Notes: generated by a model not told the origin, from the sequence alone. Positions 1 to 9,360 are shown, counted from the stretch's first letter. The stretch: 64,000 nucleotides of DNA from an uncultured Candidatus Saccharibacteria bacterium (GCA_965231155.1 OZ246418.1:573710-637709); one strand, 5' to 3'. Numbers and translations are program-made.

Positions 1-383
1 AAATATTTTCTCAAGCCATCCAGACTTCGGTGGTCAGAGTTTCGGCGGCTTCTTTTGATTCTAATATCAATGCCTCTGGGACGAACTTAGCGATCGGCAG
101 TGTGGCAAATGAGTGGAAGTCAATCAATAACACTATCTTCTTTTCTGGGTCGAATGTTGGTATTAACACCACTCAGTTTACACCGACCCAGTCTCTTGAA
201 GTTCGGAATGGTGGTTTCCGTCTGGCGAATGAGAGTGGTGTGGCAACGTCATCTCTTACTTGCGACAGTGCTACGAATCGAGGGACCTTATGGTTTGTGA
301 AAGGTAGTGGATCGGCCAGAGATACAATAGTTGTCTGTGGGCAAACTGGATCGAGCACATATCAGTGGATGCCACTTAATTAG
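1..383 (+). CDS. 3' end of a secreted fibre/adhesin-like protein (partial, open from window start)
   Basis: Frame is open from nt 3; GSNVGINT beta-repeat and C-terminal C-x5-RG-x-LW...D-x-IVVC...YQW cap, as seen in CPR fibre proteins. Confidence 0.7.
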   Translation, partial: IFSQAIQTSVVRVSAASFDSNINASGTNLAIGSVANEWKSINNTIFFSGSNVGINTTQFTPTQSLEVRNGGFRLANESGVATSSLTCDSATNRGTLWFVKGSGSARDTIVVCGQTGSSTYQWMPLN

Positions 384-502
384 ACTTCAGAAATAAAGCG
401 GGGGATAAGTTTCTTGGAGGTCTTCTTTTGCGATTGTGATATAATTTTTACAAAGGTTGGCAGTTTCGTTTCTTCTATTTTTAATAATCAAATTTTTTAC
501 TT

Positions 503-970
503 ATGACTATTATTCGTCCATTAATTGCCGGTACGATTCTTGCAGTGTTTGCGATGTTTTCCATGATCTTTTTAGCGGTTGCGTTCAACGGACCGACACA
601 AGCCCCGCCGTCTGGTTCTGGGGCGGTTGTGGTAGATGCTAATAACATGTTAGCGGTAGGAACTTCAACGGCCAGATCTAACACTAGGTTGTATGTGGTG
701 GGAAGTGGTATTGCTTCCGAGTATGGTCTTCGAGTGCAGGCTTTTGATGGCACTAATAACTTTGTGGTTCGTAATGATGGTCGAGCATCTGTCACCGGTG
801 GTTTGTCCCTTGCGAGTTGGTTGTCGGTGGTTGGGTCCACGACGTTCAATGGACAGACATATATCTGGCCAGGAACTACTGGAGTTGCAAATAGTGTTCT
901 TATGACAGATGGGGCCGGGAATTTGTCATGGTCAACTTCGACTGGTGGTGGGGGGACTACTTATCAATAG
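503..970 (+). CDS. Secreted fibre-like protein with N-terminal PTxxPP motif (short, possibly truncated)
   Basis: Signal/TM helix, then FNGPTQAPPSG, LAVGTST, VLMTDGAGNLSW motifs; extended -10 TGTGATATAAT at ~435-445. Confidence 0.7.
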   Translation: MTIIRPLIAGTILAVFAMFSMIFLAVAFNGPTQAPPSGSGAVVVDANNMLAVGTSTARSNTRLYVVGSGIASEYGLRVQAFDGTNNFVVRNDGRASVTGGLSLASWLSVVGSTTFNGQTYIWPGTTGVANSVLMTDGAGNLSWSTSTGGGGTTYQ

Positions 971-1008
971 TTTTTTTAAGTTGGTTTTTTTGTTCGGATA
1001 ATCATTCT

Positions 1009-1395
1009 ATGAGTACCATATCATTGAAATCGTCACAGCTCATCTTCAGAATAATACTCATTCTCGTTCTCATCGGCGTTTTTGTTGGTTTCGCGATTCT
1101 TCGCATGGGTGAAGACCCAAAACAGCGGGCGTTAAGGATACAGAATGAGGTGGCAGTAGTTGCTCAGTCTAATGATTTTAAGAAGTGTGAAGAGTTCAAA
1201 GGGCAGATGGTGAACGGTTTGGACTATGGCATCGTCTGCAAGAATAACGCGGTGATGAACGCGGCGATTACAAATTTGGACGTTGCTATTTGTGAGAACA
1301 TTGATCCATCTCTTAATACAGCGGAGGAATGTAGGAGTCAGGTTGAATTTAAAAAGATGGAGGTAGCAGCAAGTACTACAGAGACTCAACGGTAA
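1009..1395 (+). CDS. Membrane-anchored Cys-containing hypothetical protein
   Basis: ATG at 1009, N-terminal TM helix, four spaced Cys; stop overlaps the next ATG. Confidence 0.65.
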   Translation: MSTISLKSSQLIFRIILILVLIGVFVGFAILRMGEDPKQRALRIQNEVAVVAQSNDFKKCEEFKGQMVNGLDYGIVCKNNAVMNAAITNLDVAICENIDPSLNTAEECRSQVEFKKMEVAASTTETQR

Positions 1396-3458
1396 TGACT
1401 ATTATTCGAACTTCTAAAATCTTAGTACTGTTTATTGCTTTTCTCTCGTTTGTGGGATTTTTTCAGACCGCTTCGGCAGGTTTAATCTGGACGAACTGGT
1501 ATAAGATCCCCGGGACCTGGCCGACCCGTCCTACGAATCCTCAGACCGCCGGGCCAACAAATTTAGCCTTAGATGCTAACGGTAATATTTATGTAGCTGC
1601 TCGGTATATTACTTTTAGTCAGGTTACTGGATTTTGGACTCAGAAATATAGTCCGACCGGAACTGCTCTTTGGGGCGCTAGTGGTAAGGTGTATAACATT
1701 GGGAGTGGTCTTGGCTCTTACGGTCGTTATGGAGCGCGAGGAATCGGTATTCATCCAATTTCTGGAGATATTTATGTACTTGGTTTTGCTAGCGATCCTA
1801 ATTACGGCCATTATCAGATAATACGTTACGATCAAGCAGGGAATCAGATTGGATCTTCTTGGACGTACCAATTTTCAAATAGTGAAACCGAACTTCCTTA
1901 TGGTATCGCTTTTGATTCTCAGGGATATGTTTATGCGGCGGGAGCAGACTGGACTCTTGGGAAGTATCTTCTGACTAAGTTTAGCACCTCGACTCCAACC
2001 GGCACTCTTGTTTGGGCGACAACCACTGGTTCTTTGTCTGTCAGTAATCCTCCTTTTCCTCAAGGGAGTATTCAGATTGTGAATGATCGTCTTTATGTTG
2101 GAGGTGAGGCTTCTTTGAATAATTACTCTTGGATGAAGCTGGCAACTTCTGGAGTAATATTGCAAACCTCGACTTTCGGTGCTTTCAATCAGTACTCTGC
2201 AAACATTGCCGTTGATGGTCTAGAAAACGTGTATCAGGCTGGTCAGGCGGGCATTGAGGGTGGTGTACCGAATGATTATGATCGTCTTATTACTAAGCAT
2301 TCATCTTCTGGTGTATTCCAGTGGGCCAGGAGAATGAATTCTTCACCTCTTTCTAATACGAGCCAGGAATGGGGGCATGGTGTTTCTATTGATGGTTCCG
2401 GAAATATTTATGTAAGTGGTGGAGCTAGCGATCCTTCGAGTGGCCTTGTGGGAGCAATTGTAGGTAAATATGATCAACTAGGGAATGTATTATGGAATGA
2501 GTGGCTGGCTTCAAGTAGCATTATCGGACAAACTCAGGGGGATGTGAAAGTGGATTCTTCCGGATATGTATACGCGGTGAGTGATGAATCTGGGGGAGTT
2601 CGGGTTAGTAAATATCTCCCGAGTTGTACAGCCCTTCTCGATCGATCTTGGACCGATGCTACTCTTACGGCTGGAGTGACTCCGATTAAAGCTGTTCATT
2701 TGAATGAGCTTAGGGACTGCGCGAATAGTCGAAGAAGGGCAGTTGGTCTCAGTCCTTATTCTTGGACTGATGCGACGATTGTGGTGAGTTCGACACCTGT
2801 GAAGGCGGTGCATGTGAATCAACTTCGAACTGCTATCTCGGAGATATATACAACTTGTGGGCGTACGGCACCAACCTGGACAACTGATCCAGGAACCTTA
2901 TCGGCAGGCCAGACTGTTCGGAAAAATCATTTTACGGAGATGCGGAGCAATATTCTGAGTGCACCAACAACCTGTGTCCGAACTGCCTTCGTGAGTAGTC
3001 AGACATATTCGGGGAATCTTGGTGGTTTGAGTGGTGCGGATGCAACTTGTCAGGCGCTTGCTTCAAATGCAGGAATGCTCGGCACTTTTAAGGCTTGGCT
3101 TAGCACGAGTGATGGCGCTTCGCCTGCCAGTCGATTTGTGGCTAGCCCAAATCCTTATCGTCGTAGCGATGGTTTACTTTTAGCGACTTCCTGGACTGAT
3201 GGATCGGATGGAACACTGAACAATCCAATAAACAGAAATGAACTGGGAGTTGATGTGGGGACTTCGACTACGGCGGTGTGGACTAATACGAGCATAAGCG
3301 GTACTGCGAATGGCGCGAATGATTGTGCTGATTGGACGAGCGCTTCAGTGAGCGTTAGCGGTTCTGTCGGGACTTCTACGGTGAGTAGCTCTGCTTGGAC
3401 AACAGGCGGAACTAAGACGTGTAATTCGTTAGCTCGACTCTACTGCATCCAGCAGTAA
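1395..3458 (+). CDS. Secreted beta-propeller (SBBP-like) protein with three WTD...H..ELR repeats and a C-terminal DUF1554/C-lectin-like domain
   Basis: Signal peptide; repeated [AS]xDxxGN[IV]Y[VQ] blades; C-terminal GNLGGLSGADATCQ...KAWLS...VWT...C..WTS...LYCIQQ. Confidence 0.75.
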   Translation: MTIIRTSKILVLFIAFLSFVGFFQTASAGLIWTNWYKIPGTWPTRPTNPQTAGPTNLALDANGNIYVAARYITFSQVTGFWTQKYSPTGTALWGASGKVYNIGSGLGSYGRYGARGIGIHPISGDIYVLGFASDPNYGHYQIIRYDQAGNQIGSSWTYQFSNSETELPYGIAFDSQGYVYAAGADWTLGKYLLTKFSTSTPTGTLVWATTTGSLSVSNPPFPQGSIQIVNDRLYVGGEASLNNYSWMKLATSGVILQTSTFGAFNQYSANIAVDGLENVYQAGQAGIEGGVPNDYDRLITKHSSSGVFQWARRMNSSPLSNTSQEWGHGVSIDGSGNIYVSGGASDPSSGLVGAIVGKYDQLGNVLWNEWLASSSIIGQTQGDVKVDSSGYVYAVSDESGGVRVSKYLPSCTALLDRSWTDATLTAGVTPIKAVHLNELRDCANSRRRAVGLSPYSWTDATIVVSSTPVKAVHVNQLRTAISEIYTTCGRTAPTWTTDPGTLSAGQTVRKNHFTEMRSNILSAPTTCVRTAFVSSQTYSGNLGGLSGADATCQALASNAGMLGTFKAWLSTSDGASPASRFVASPNPYRRSDGLLLATSWTDGSDGTLNNPINRNELGVDVGTSTTAVWTNTSISGTANGANDCADWTSASVSVSGSVGTSTVSSSAWTTGGTKTCNSLARLYCIQQ

Positions 3459-3459
3459 C

Positions 3460-5607
3460 TTATTCCTGGTGGAGTTGCTTTCGGAATTTTTCTAGCTCTT
3501 TTTTGAGAAGTGGATACTTCGCTATCGTGAGATCATTTTTGGTCATTCGTAGGGCGGCGGCACGGCTCATATTCAGAAGTTTAATATCAGTGAGTCCGCG
3601 CATCAGTTTATCAGGAAAACCAGTCTGTTCTTTTCCCAAAAACTGTCCGGGCCCACGAAGAGCGAGATCTTTTTCGGCCAGTTCGAATCCATTTTTTGCT
3701 TCGACAATGGCCTTTAGTCGTTGTTTTGCGGTTACTCCAGTTGACTCACTGAATAGAAGGCAGTAGGACTGGTGACTGCCTCGCCCAACCCGACCACGGA
3801 ACTGGTATAACTGGGACAGACCAAACCGATCACTTCCCTCGATAGCCATAACGGTGGCATTGGGGACATCAACACCAACTTCGATCACAGAAGTAGAGAC
3901 AAGAATATCAATTTCTTTCGTTTTGAATTTTTGCATCACCTCGTCTTTTTCTTTGGCTTTCATCTGACCATGGAGCATTGCAATGCGTAGTTCTGGGAAT
4001 ATTTTCGTGGATAACTTCTCATACTCCTCCTTGACTGATTTCACCTCTAACTTTTGTTTATCCCAGACTGCTGAGTTTTCTCCGGAGGTAGCGGATTCGA
4101 TGCGTGGACAGACAACGAAGGCCTGTCGACCATCTCTAATTTCTTTACGAATCAGTTCGTAGGCAGAGGTTCTTTCCTGAGGAGGAATGATCATTGTTTG
4201 GATTGCTTTTCTGTCAGCTGGTAGTTCGGTGATGGTCGAGAGGTCTAAGTCGCCAAAGACAGTGAGCGTAAGGGTGCGGGGAATTGGCGTGGCTGACATA
4301 CTGAGGAAGTGAGGCAGGAGGCCTTTCTTTCTGATTAATGTTGCTCGCTGCTCAACGCCGAATCGGTGTTGTTCGTCGATGATCACGAGGCCAAGATTTT
4401 TGAATTTTATCCCTTTTTCAATAAGGGCGTGTGTGCCGATGATAATTTTCACCGTACTGCCAGCCAAGTAATCCTTCATCTTTTCTTTTTTAACTTCTTT
4501 TTCTAGATCGGTTTCGTAAAAGATAGTGGCTCGGTGACCAGTAAAAAGACCAATAGCTGGTTGATTCTCTGAGGTAATCGTACTAAAGAGCTTTTTCAAG
4601 GTTTCAAAATGCTGATTGGCGAGAACTTCAGTCGGTGCGAGAATTGCTGTCTGGTAGTCATTTTTGGCGGCAAAAAGGGCGGTTAAGGCCGCCACTACAG
4701 TTTTTCCGGAGCCGACATCACCCTGAAGAAGGCGATTCATTGGAGTACCAGTTTGGAGATTCTGAACAATCTCCCACAAGGATCTTTTTTGTGAGGTGGT
4801 GAGCGGGAAGGGGAGTTGTTCGAGGATGTTTTTAATTTCCGGAATGGTGATATCCAGTTTCGGTGCACGCTGGTTTCTGAGGACTGCTTTTTGGCGAATA
4901 TTCAGAAGTTGAAGAAGGAAGAGATTTTCAAAAGCGAATCTTCGTTCGGCTTGTTGCGCTTCCTCTATTGATTCTGGGAAGTGGATACCGCGAAGGGCTT
5001 TGTTTATTTCTGGGAGTCGTGAGGTTTTTAAAATTTCATCGGGTAGCCATTCCTCTAGTTTCGGCGCACCCTTGAGGATTGGCTGGAGAAGAAAACGAAG
5101 AGTACGGGAGGTGAGCCCACTTGTTTCTGGATAGATAGGAATGAGCCGGCCGGTGTGTCTGGTCGTTGGTTTCTCTCCCTGAATAACTTTTTTATCGATT
5201 AGTTCGTAGGAAGGGTGAGAAAAATATATCTCCCCGGCTTCTTCGGAGACTTTGCCAGAGATACTTACTAAACGTCCGGGGGTGAGGGTGTTTTTAAGAT
5301 AGGGTTGATTAAACCAGACCGCGCGGACGAGATCGCTTTCATCACGGATATAAGCTTCGATGATAATCATACGTCGACGGAAGCTTCGTCGGGCGTCAAC
5401 GGTCTCAACGACTCCTTGGATGGTGGCTTGTTCGCCAGCTGCCAGATCGGTGATAGGGGAGAGATGCGAAAAGTCTTCGTAGCGACTGGGGAAGTGCCAG
5501 AGAAGATCTCTGACCGTGAGCAAGTCTAGACGTTCGAGTTTTTTAGCGTATTTAACTCCGATATGACGAATCGCTGAGAGAGGTGTATCGAGAAAGGAGG
5601 ACGTCAT
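3460..5607 (-). CDS. recG: ATP-dependent DNA helicase RecG
   Basis: LLQGDVGSGKT, IIDEQHRFG, MSATPIPRTL, QFRGRVGRG; ATG at 5607 chosen because the longer start overlaps the tRNA. Confidence 0.97.
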   Translation of the reverse strand: MTSSFLDTPLSAIRHIGVKYAKKLERLDLLTVRDLLWHFPSRYEDFSHLSPITDLAAGEQATIQGVVETVDARRSFRRRMIIIEAYIRDESDLVRAVWFNQPYLKNTLTPGRLVSISGKVSEEAGEIYFSHPSYELIDKKVIQGEKPTTRHTGRLIPIYPETSGLTSRTLRFLLQPILKGAPKLEEWLPDEILKTSRLPEINKALRGIHFPESIEEAQQAERRFAFENLFLLQLLNIRQKAVLRNQRAPKLDITIPEIKNILEQLPFPLTTSQKRSLWEIVQNLQTGTPMNRLLQGDVGSGKTVVAALTALFAAKNDYQTAILAPTEVLANQHFETLKKLFSTITSENQPAIGLFTGHRATIFYETDLEKEVKKEKMKDYLAGSTVKIIIGTHALIEKGIKFKNLGLVIIDEQHRFGVEQRATLIRKKGLLPHFLSMSATPIPRTLTLTVFGDLDLSTITELPADRKAIQTMIIPPQERTSAYELIRKEIRDGRQAFVVCPRIESATSGENSAVWDKQKLEVKSVKEEYEKLSTKIFPELRIAMLHGQMKAKEKDEVMQKFKTKEIDILVSTSVIEVGVDVPNATVMAIEGSDRFGLSQLYQFRGRVGRGSHQSYCLLFSESTGVTAKQRLKAIVEAKNGFELAEKDLALRGPGQFLGKEQTGFPDKLMRGLTDIKLLNMSRAAALRMTKNDLTIAKYPLLKKELEKFRKQLHQE

Positions 5608-5613
5608 TTTTAG

Positions 5614-5686
5614 TGCACCCACCAGGGATCGAACCTGGGACCATCTCCTTAAGAGGGAGCTGCTCTACCAGCTGAGCTATGGGTGC
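5614..5686 (-). tRNA. tRNA-Lys(CTT), CCA not encoded
   Basis: GCACCCA/TGGGTGC acceptor stem, anticodon loop CT-CTT-AA, T-loop TTCGATC. Confidence 0.95.
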
Positions 5687-5766
5687 AGTGCTATCGGTAT
5701 TTTAAAAGAAACACGACTCCAGGTTTGTGACCTCTTTTGGAGTTAGGTACATTTTATCCGATTTTC

Positions 5767-5803
5767 AAAAAAAGAAAAGCCGCACAAGCGGCTTCCTTTT
5801 TTT
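5767..5803. terminator. Intrinsic terminator, probably bidirectional
   Basis: A-run, AAGCCGC-ACAA-GCGGCTT hairpin, T-run. Confidence 0.7.
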
Positions 5804-5815
5804 GAAAATAAATTC

Positions 5816-6022
5816 CTAACAACACTTGCACTTGCTACCGGTAATCTTGGTGACACCAATAGCGATGATGAGAACCGGCCAGGCGTAGTCCACAAAGTTT
5901 TGTGTGAGTACGTCGAGACGGAGAAGGAGAAATGCGAGGCCGATTAAGGTTATGAGAATCGGCGTCATTTTGTGGTGTACGCAACCACAGAGATTCTTTT
6001 TATCTGTAAGCTCGTTGTCCAT
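5816..6022 (-). CDS. Small two-TM membrane protein (DUF5668/LiaI-like WPVLII motif) with terminal Cys clusters
   Basis: 68 aa; CGCVHH, two hydrophobic helices, WPVLIIAIG, CKCC; has its own promoter and terminator. Confidence 0.75.
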   Translation of the reverse strand: MDNELTDKKNLCGCVHHKMTPILITLIGLAFLLLRLDVLTQNFVDYAWPVLIIAIGVTKITGSKCKCC

Positions 6023-6085
6023 GGTATGATAAATGGCCTAAAATAGGATTCCCGACCTTTTTCCTAGTATACCATCTTTTACTAC

Positions 6086-6160
6086 TGGTGCTCCCGGAGG
6101 GATTCGAACCCCCAATAACAGGTTCGAAGCCTGTCGTGATATCCATTTCACTACGGAAGC
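6086..6160 (-). tRNA. tRNA-Arg(TCG)
   Basis: ACAGG-CT-TCG-AA-CCTGT anticodon arm; GGTTCGAATCC; encoded CCA. Confidence 0.95.
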
Positions 6161-6232
6161 TTGTAATGGATCTTGCTCCTCATCCTAACCTGGTTTGGAT
6201 GATCTCTCAAGTATCTGATAAGATAGAAAGTA

Positions 6233-6910
6233 ATGGACGATCCACTTTTCTTTTTTCGACTTACTGTACTGATTTTTTCGATCATTATCCACGAGATTTC
6301 TCATGGATATATTGCTGAGTACTTAGGTGATCCAACAGCTCGTCTTGCGGGGAGGTTGACCTTGAATCCAATTAAGCATATTGATCTTTTCGGATCCATT
6401 CTTCTCCCTGGATTTCTTGCCCTAACTGGTCATCCAATTTTCGGTTGGGCCAAGCCAGTTCCCTATAATCCGTATAATCTAAAAGATCCTCAGAAGGGTG
6501 GTGGGTTAATCGCGTTGGCCGGTCCACTTTCTAATATGCTGATAGCCATTGTTTTTGGTCTTTGTATGCGTTTTCTCAGTACTGCCACAGTTCTTCCATT
6601 AGAACAGACGAATTCTCTACTTGGTATGTTTGGTTTAATTGTTGCGATGAACGTTCTTCTGGCTTTGTTCAATCTAGTGCCGATCCCACCGATTGATGGC
6701 TCAAAAGTTTTAGCCTTGATTTTGCCTCGTCGATGGCAGTTTCATGTTGATGTGTTCTGGGCTCGTGTGGGCACTCTCATTCAGGAGAATTATTTTATTG
6801 CCATAATGATTTTATTTATTTTTATTTCTTATATTCTCGATGGCATCTTTTTTTTCTTGCGTCCTATTATGGAGTTTTTGTTTATGCTGTTCACTGGCTT
6901 TCCGCTGTAA
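6233..6910 (+). CDS. Site-2 protease (M50 family) intramembrane metalloprotease
   Basis: HEISH, AGPLSN, FNLVPIPPIDG motifs. Confidence 0.93.
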   Translation: MDDPLFFFRLTVLIFSIIIHEISHGYIAEYLGDPTARLAGRLTLNPIKHIDLFGSILLPGFLALTGHPIFGWAKPVPYNPYNLKDPQKGGGLIALAGPLSNMLIAIVFGLCMRFLSTATVLPLEQTNSLLGMFGLIVAMNVLLALFNLVPIPPIDGSKVLALILPRRWQFHVDVFWARVGTLIQENYFIAIMILFIFISYILDGIFFFLRPIMEFLFMLFTGFPL

Positions 6911-6946
6911 TTGATAACTTCGTGATATAATTACGATATATATCCC

Positions 6947-7486
6947 ATGGCCGCAGACAGAGATCTAATAAAAAATATTGCGTTTATTTTGGTTAGTTTC
7001 TTAATTGCGAGTGTGATTTTGTGGTGGTTGAGATCTGACATTCAGGCGCAGTCGGAGAAGGCTCTTTCATTAAGACAGGAACTTGGAGCAGATGCCGATT
7101 TAGCAGTTAGTTTTGCGGCGCTTAAGAGTCAGGGAGAGAAGGCGGCGGTTTTCGAAAACCGACTATCCAGTCTTTTGCCGGTGAGTGATAAGCTGATTGA
7201 TTTTCGACGTTTTCTTGAGGTGCTCGGGAGTCAGCGAGGGGTTTCCACTAATTTTTCTTTTGAAGGAGCGGGGAGTAGCGGTGAAAAAGGAAAACCAAGT
7301 TCTATTGGGTTTTCTTTGGAGATGTCGGGGCCTTTATCTGGAATTCAGGGATTGCTGAATGATATCGAAGTAAATCCCAAGTCATATCTCCTTTCCCTTG
7401 ATACTTTTGATCTCTCGAAAACTGAAGCGGGATACCGCGTGATCTTCCGGGGAAAGTTATATTACCAGGAAACTGCCAACTCTTAA
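6947..7486 (+). CDS. pilO: Type IV pilus alignment protein, PilO-like
   Basis: TM, coiled coil, LLP, then a ferredoxin-like beta/alpha pattern; near the pilus locus. Confidence 0.6.
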   Translation: MAADRDLIKNIAFILVSFLIASVILWWLRSDIQAQSEKALSLRQELGADADLAVSFAALKSQGEKAAVFENRLSSLLPVSDKLIDFRRFLEVLGSQRGVSTNFSFEGAGSSGEKGKPSSIGFSLEMSGPLSGIQGLLNDIEVNPKSYLLSLDTFDLSKTEAGYRVIFRGKLYYQETANS

Positions 7487-7497
7487 TTTTTGAATTT

Positions 7498-7698
7498 ATG
7501 TCATTTTTTTCTAAAAGATATTATGAATTGTTACTAGGTGGAGTGGCGGTTTTTCTTTTTGGACTCTTGATTATTTACTTAGTTTTAGCGATGATGAGCA
7601 TAACCTCGGGAATCGGTCGGGCTATTGGTCCGAACGAGAGGCAGGCTGGGTCGGTGGAGTTCGATCTAGAGGCTGCCGCTATGTTGGGGTTGGATTAA
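7498..7698 (+). CDS. Small single-TM protein, pilus-associated by context
   Basis: 66 aa, one TM helix, directly after the pilO-like gene. Confidence 0.55.
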   Translation: MSFFSKRYYELLLGGVAVFLFGLLIIYLVLAMMSITSGIGRAIGPNERQAGSVEFDLEAAAMLGLD

Positions 7699-7705
7699 GA
7701 TGTTT

Positions 7706-7780
7706 GCGCTCATAGCTCAGTGGTAGAGCGTCACATTGACATTGTGAAGGCCCGAGGTTCGATCCCTCGTGGGCGCACCA
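7706..7780 (+). tRNA. tRNA-Val(GAC)
   Basis: TCACA-TT-GAC-AT-TGTGA arm; encoded CCA. Confidence 0.96.
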
Positions 7781-7846
7781 GAGTAGAAATTGACCTGGGG
7801 ATTTGTTAATTTTTACTTTCAATATTACATTTATAATTTATAGATT

Positions 7847-7918
7847 GGGCGCGTAGTTCAGTGGTAGAACGCTGTCCTGATAAGACAGAGGTCGAAGGTC
7901 CGATTCCTTCCGCGCCCA
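7847..7918 (+). tRNA. tRNA-Ile(GAT), CCA not encoded, atypical T-loop TCCGATT
   Basis: GGGCGCG/CGCGCCC acceptor; CTGTC-CT-GAT-AA-GACAG arm. Confidence 0.93.
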
Positions 7919-7924
7919 CTGCTG

Positions 7925-8665
7925 ATGGTTGAATTAAAAGTTATATACGAAGATAAAGATTTCTTGGTGCTGATGAAGCCAGCGGGTCTTTTGATGCATC
8001 CGTTTCGAGTGGGTACTGCTAAAGGAAAGATGGTGGTGACTGAACCAACACTTGTCGACTGGCTGAAGGAACATTTTCCAGAAACGAGGACGGTTGGTGA
8101 TAATCCCGAGATGCGACCTGGGTTGGTGCATCGACTAGACAGGGAGACTTCTGGCTTAGTCATCGTTGCCAGGAATCAGAGAACCTTCGAGTATTTTAAA
8201 GAGCAGTTTAAGGTGGGCGGAATCAAAAAGACGTATCTTGCGTTGGTGCGAGGAGTACCGCGAGAGAAAGAGGGGAGGATTGAAAAACCGATTAGTCTGA
8301 AACCTGGGACAACGAAGCGGACGGTGTATGGTGGAAAGATGACTAAAGAGGCGACTACGGAATATGAAGTGATGGAGACATTTTCCTATGGTAGCGACTC
8401 GTATGCCTTGTTGAGGGTGCGACCGCTTACTGGTCGGACTCACCAAATCAGAGTGCATTTAACAAGTATTGGCCATCCAATCGTTGGCGACACTCTCTAT
8501 GGCCATCGGAAGAAACAAAAGGGAGAGGCCTTGGCGAGCCGGCTTATGCTCCATGCGCTTTCTTTAGCGTTTACTACTCCGCAGGGTAAAAATTTGAAAA
8601 TCGAAGAAGGAATACCGTCAGATTTCGAGAGTGTTCTTAAGAGACTGAAGAAAGATAGTATCTAG
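7925..8665 (+). CDS. RluA/RluD-family pseudouridine synthase
   Basis: KPAGL, VHRLDRETSG, TGRTHQIRVH, PIVGDTLYG. Confidence 0.95.
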   Translation: MVELKVIYEDKDFLVLMKPAGLLMHPFRVGTAKGKMVVTEPTLVDWLKEHFPETRTVGDNPEMRPGLVHRLDRETSGLVIVARNQRTFEYFKEQFKVGGIKKTYLALVRGVPREKEGRIEKPISLKPGTTKRTVYGGKMTKEATTEYEVMETFSYGSDSYALLRVRPLTGRTHQIRVHLTSIGHPIVGDTLYGHRKKQKGEALASRLMLHALSLAFTTPQGKNLKIEEGIPSDFESVLKRLKKDSI

Positions 8666-8705
8666 TGTTTCTTATCCACACGAGCTTATAATAGGGGGGG
8701 TCCTC

Positions 8706-8740
8706 TGTGGTATAATCAAGGGACATAGAGAAAGGTCGAG
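8706..8740 (+). promoter_or_regulatory. Extended -10 promoter (TGG-TATAAT) and AAAGGTCG leader motif of the major pilin
   Basis: TGTGGTATAAT 8706-8716; AGGTCG 8733-8738; DnaA box TTATCCACA 8672-8680 upstream. Confidence 0.65.
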
Positions 8741-8760
8741 TATAAGTTTTCTATATCTAT

Positions 8761-9339
8761 ATGCAACAAAAAGGTTTTACCTTAATTGAGCTTTTGATTG
8801 TCATCGCTATCATTGCGGTTTTGTCGGTAGTGGTGGTTCTCACCTTGAACCCAGCTGAGCTTTTGCGACAGGCACGGGATTCTGCTCGAGTTTCCGACAT
8901 GTCCTCAATGGACTCTGCGTTATCGTTATTCTTAGCTGATGGAGGAACGTTTTCTCGATCTGATACGTGTTATGCTTTTTCGTCGTCAACAGCCACCTCG
9001 TGTGGGACTGCTGCTCTTGGTATGGGTTTCAATTCGGCTTCGTTGACTACAGTAAATAACACTGGTTCTTCTTCGCGAGTTACTACTGGCGCAGGTTGGT
9101 TGCCGGTAAACTTCGCATCAAGTTCGGCTGGTGCACCATTTGGTACCTTGCCAGTTGATCCAACGAACAATAGTAGTTATTTCTATGCTTTTGCTGCGGG
9201 GAGTAGTTCAACCTACAAACTCAATGCACGCATGGAGAGCACCAAGTATAGTACTGGTACTACGAATGTTATGTTGAATTCAAAGGATGGCGGGACGAGT
9301 GATTCTCTTTACGAAAAGGGAAATACTCTTTCTCTCTAG
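8761..9339 (+). CDS. Type IV major pilin
   Basis: KG|FTLIELLIVIAII prepilin motif, ARDxxRxxD, LPVDP; own promoter and terminator. Confidence 0.92.
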   Translation: MQQKGFTLIELLIVIAIIAVLSVVVVLTLNPAELLRQARDSARVSDMSSMDSALSLFLADGGTFSRSDTCYAFSSSTATSCGTAALGMGFNSASLTTVNNTGSSSRVTTGAGWLPVNFASSSAGAPFGTLPVDPTNNSSYFYAFAAGSSSTYKLNARMESTKYSTGTTNVMLNSKDGGTSDSLYEKGNTLSL

Positions 9340-9360
9340 TACGTTTGGAGTTTTGTGAAC

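Noticed and set aside
2970-3458. Diversity-generating retroelement target (C-lectin-like C-terminus)
   Set aside because: No template repeat with adenine-specific mismatches and no reverse transcriptase in the window; a remote DGR cannot be excluded.
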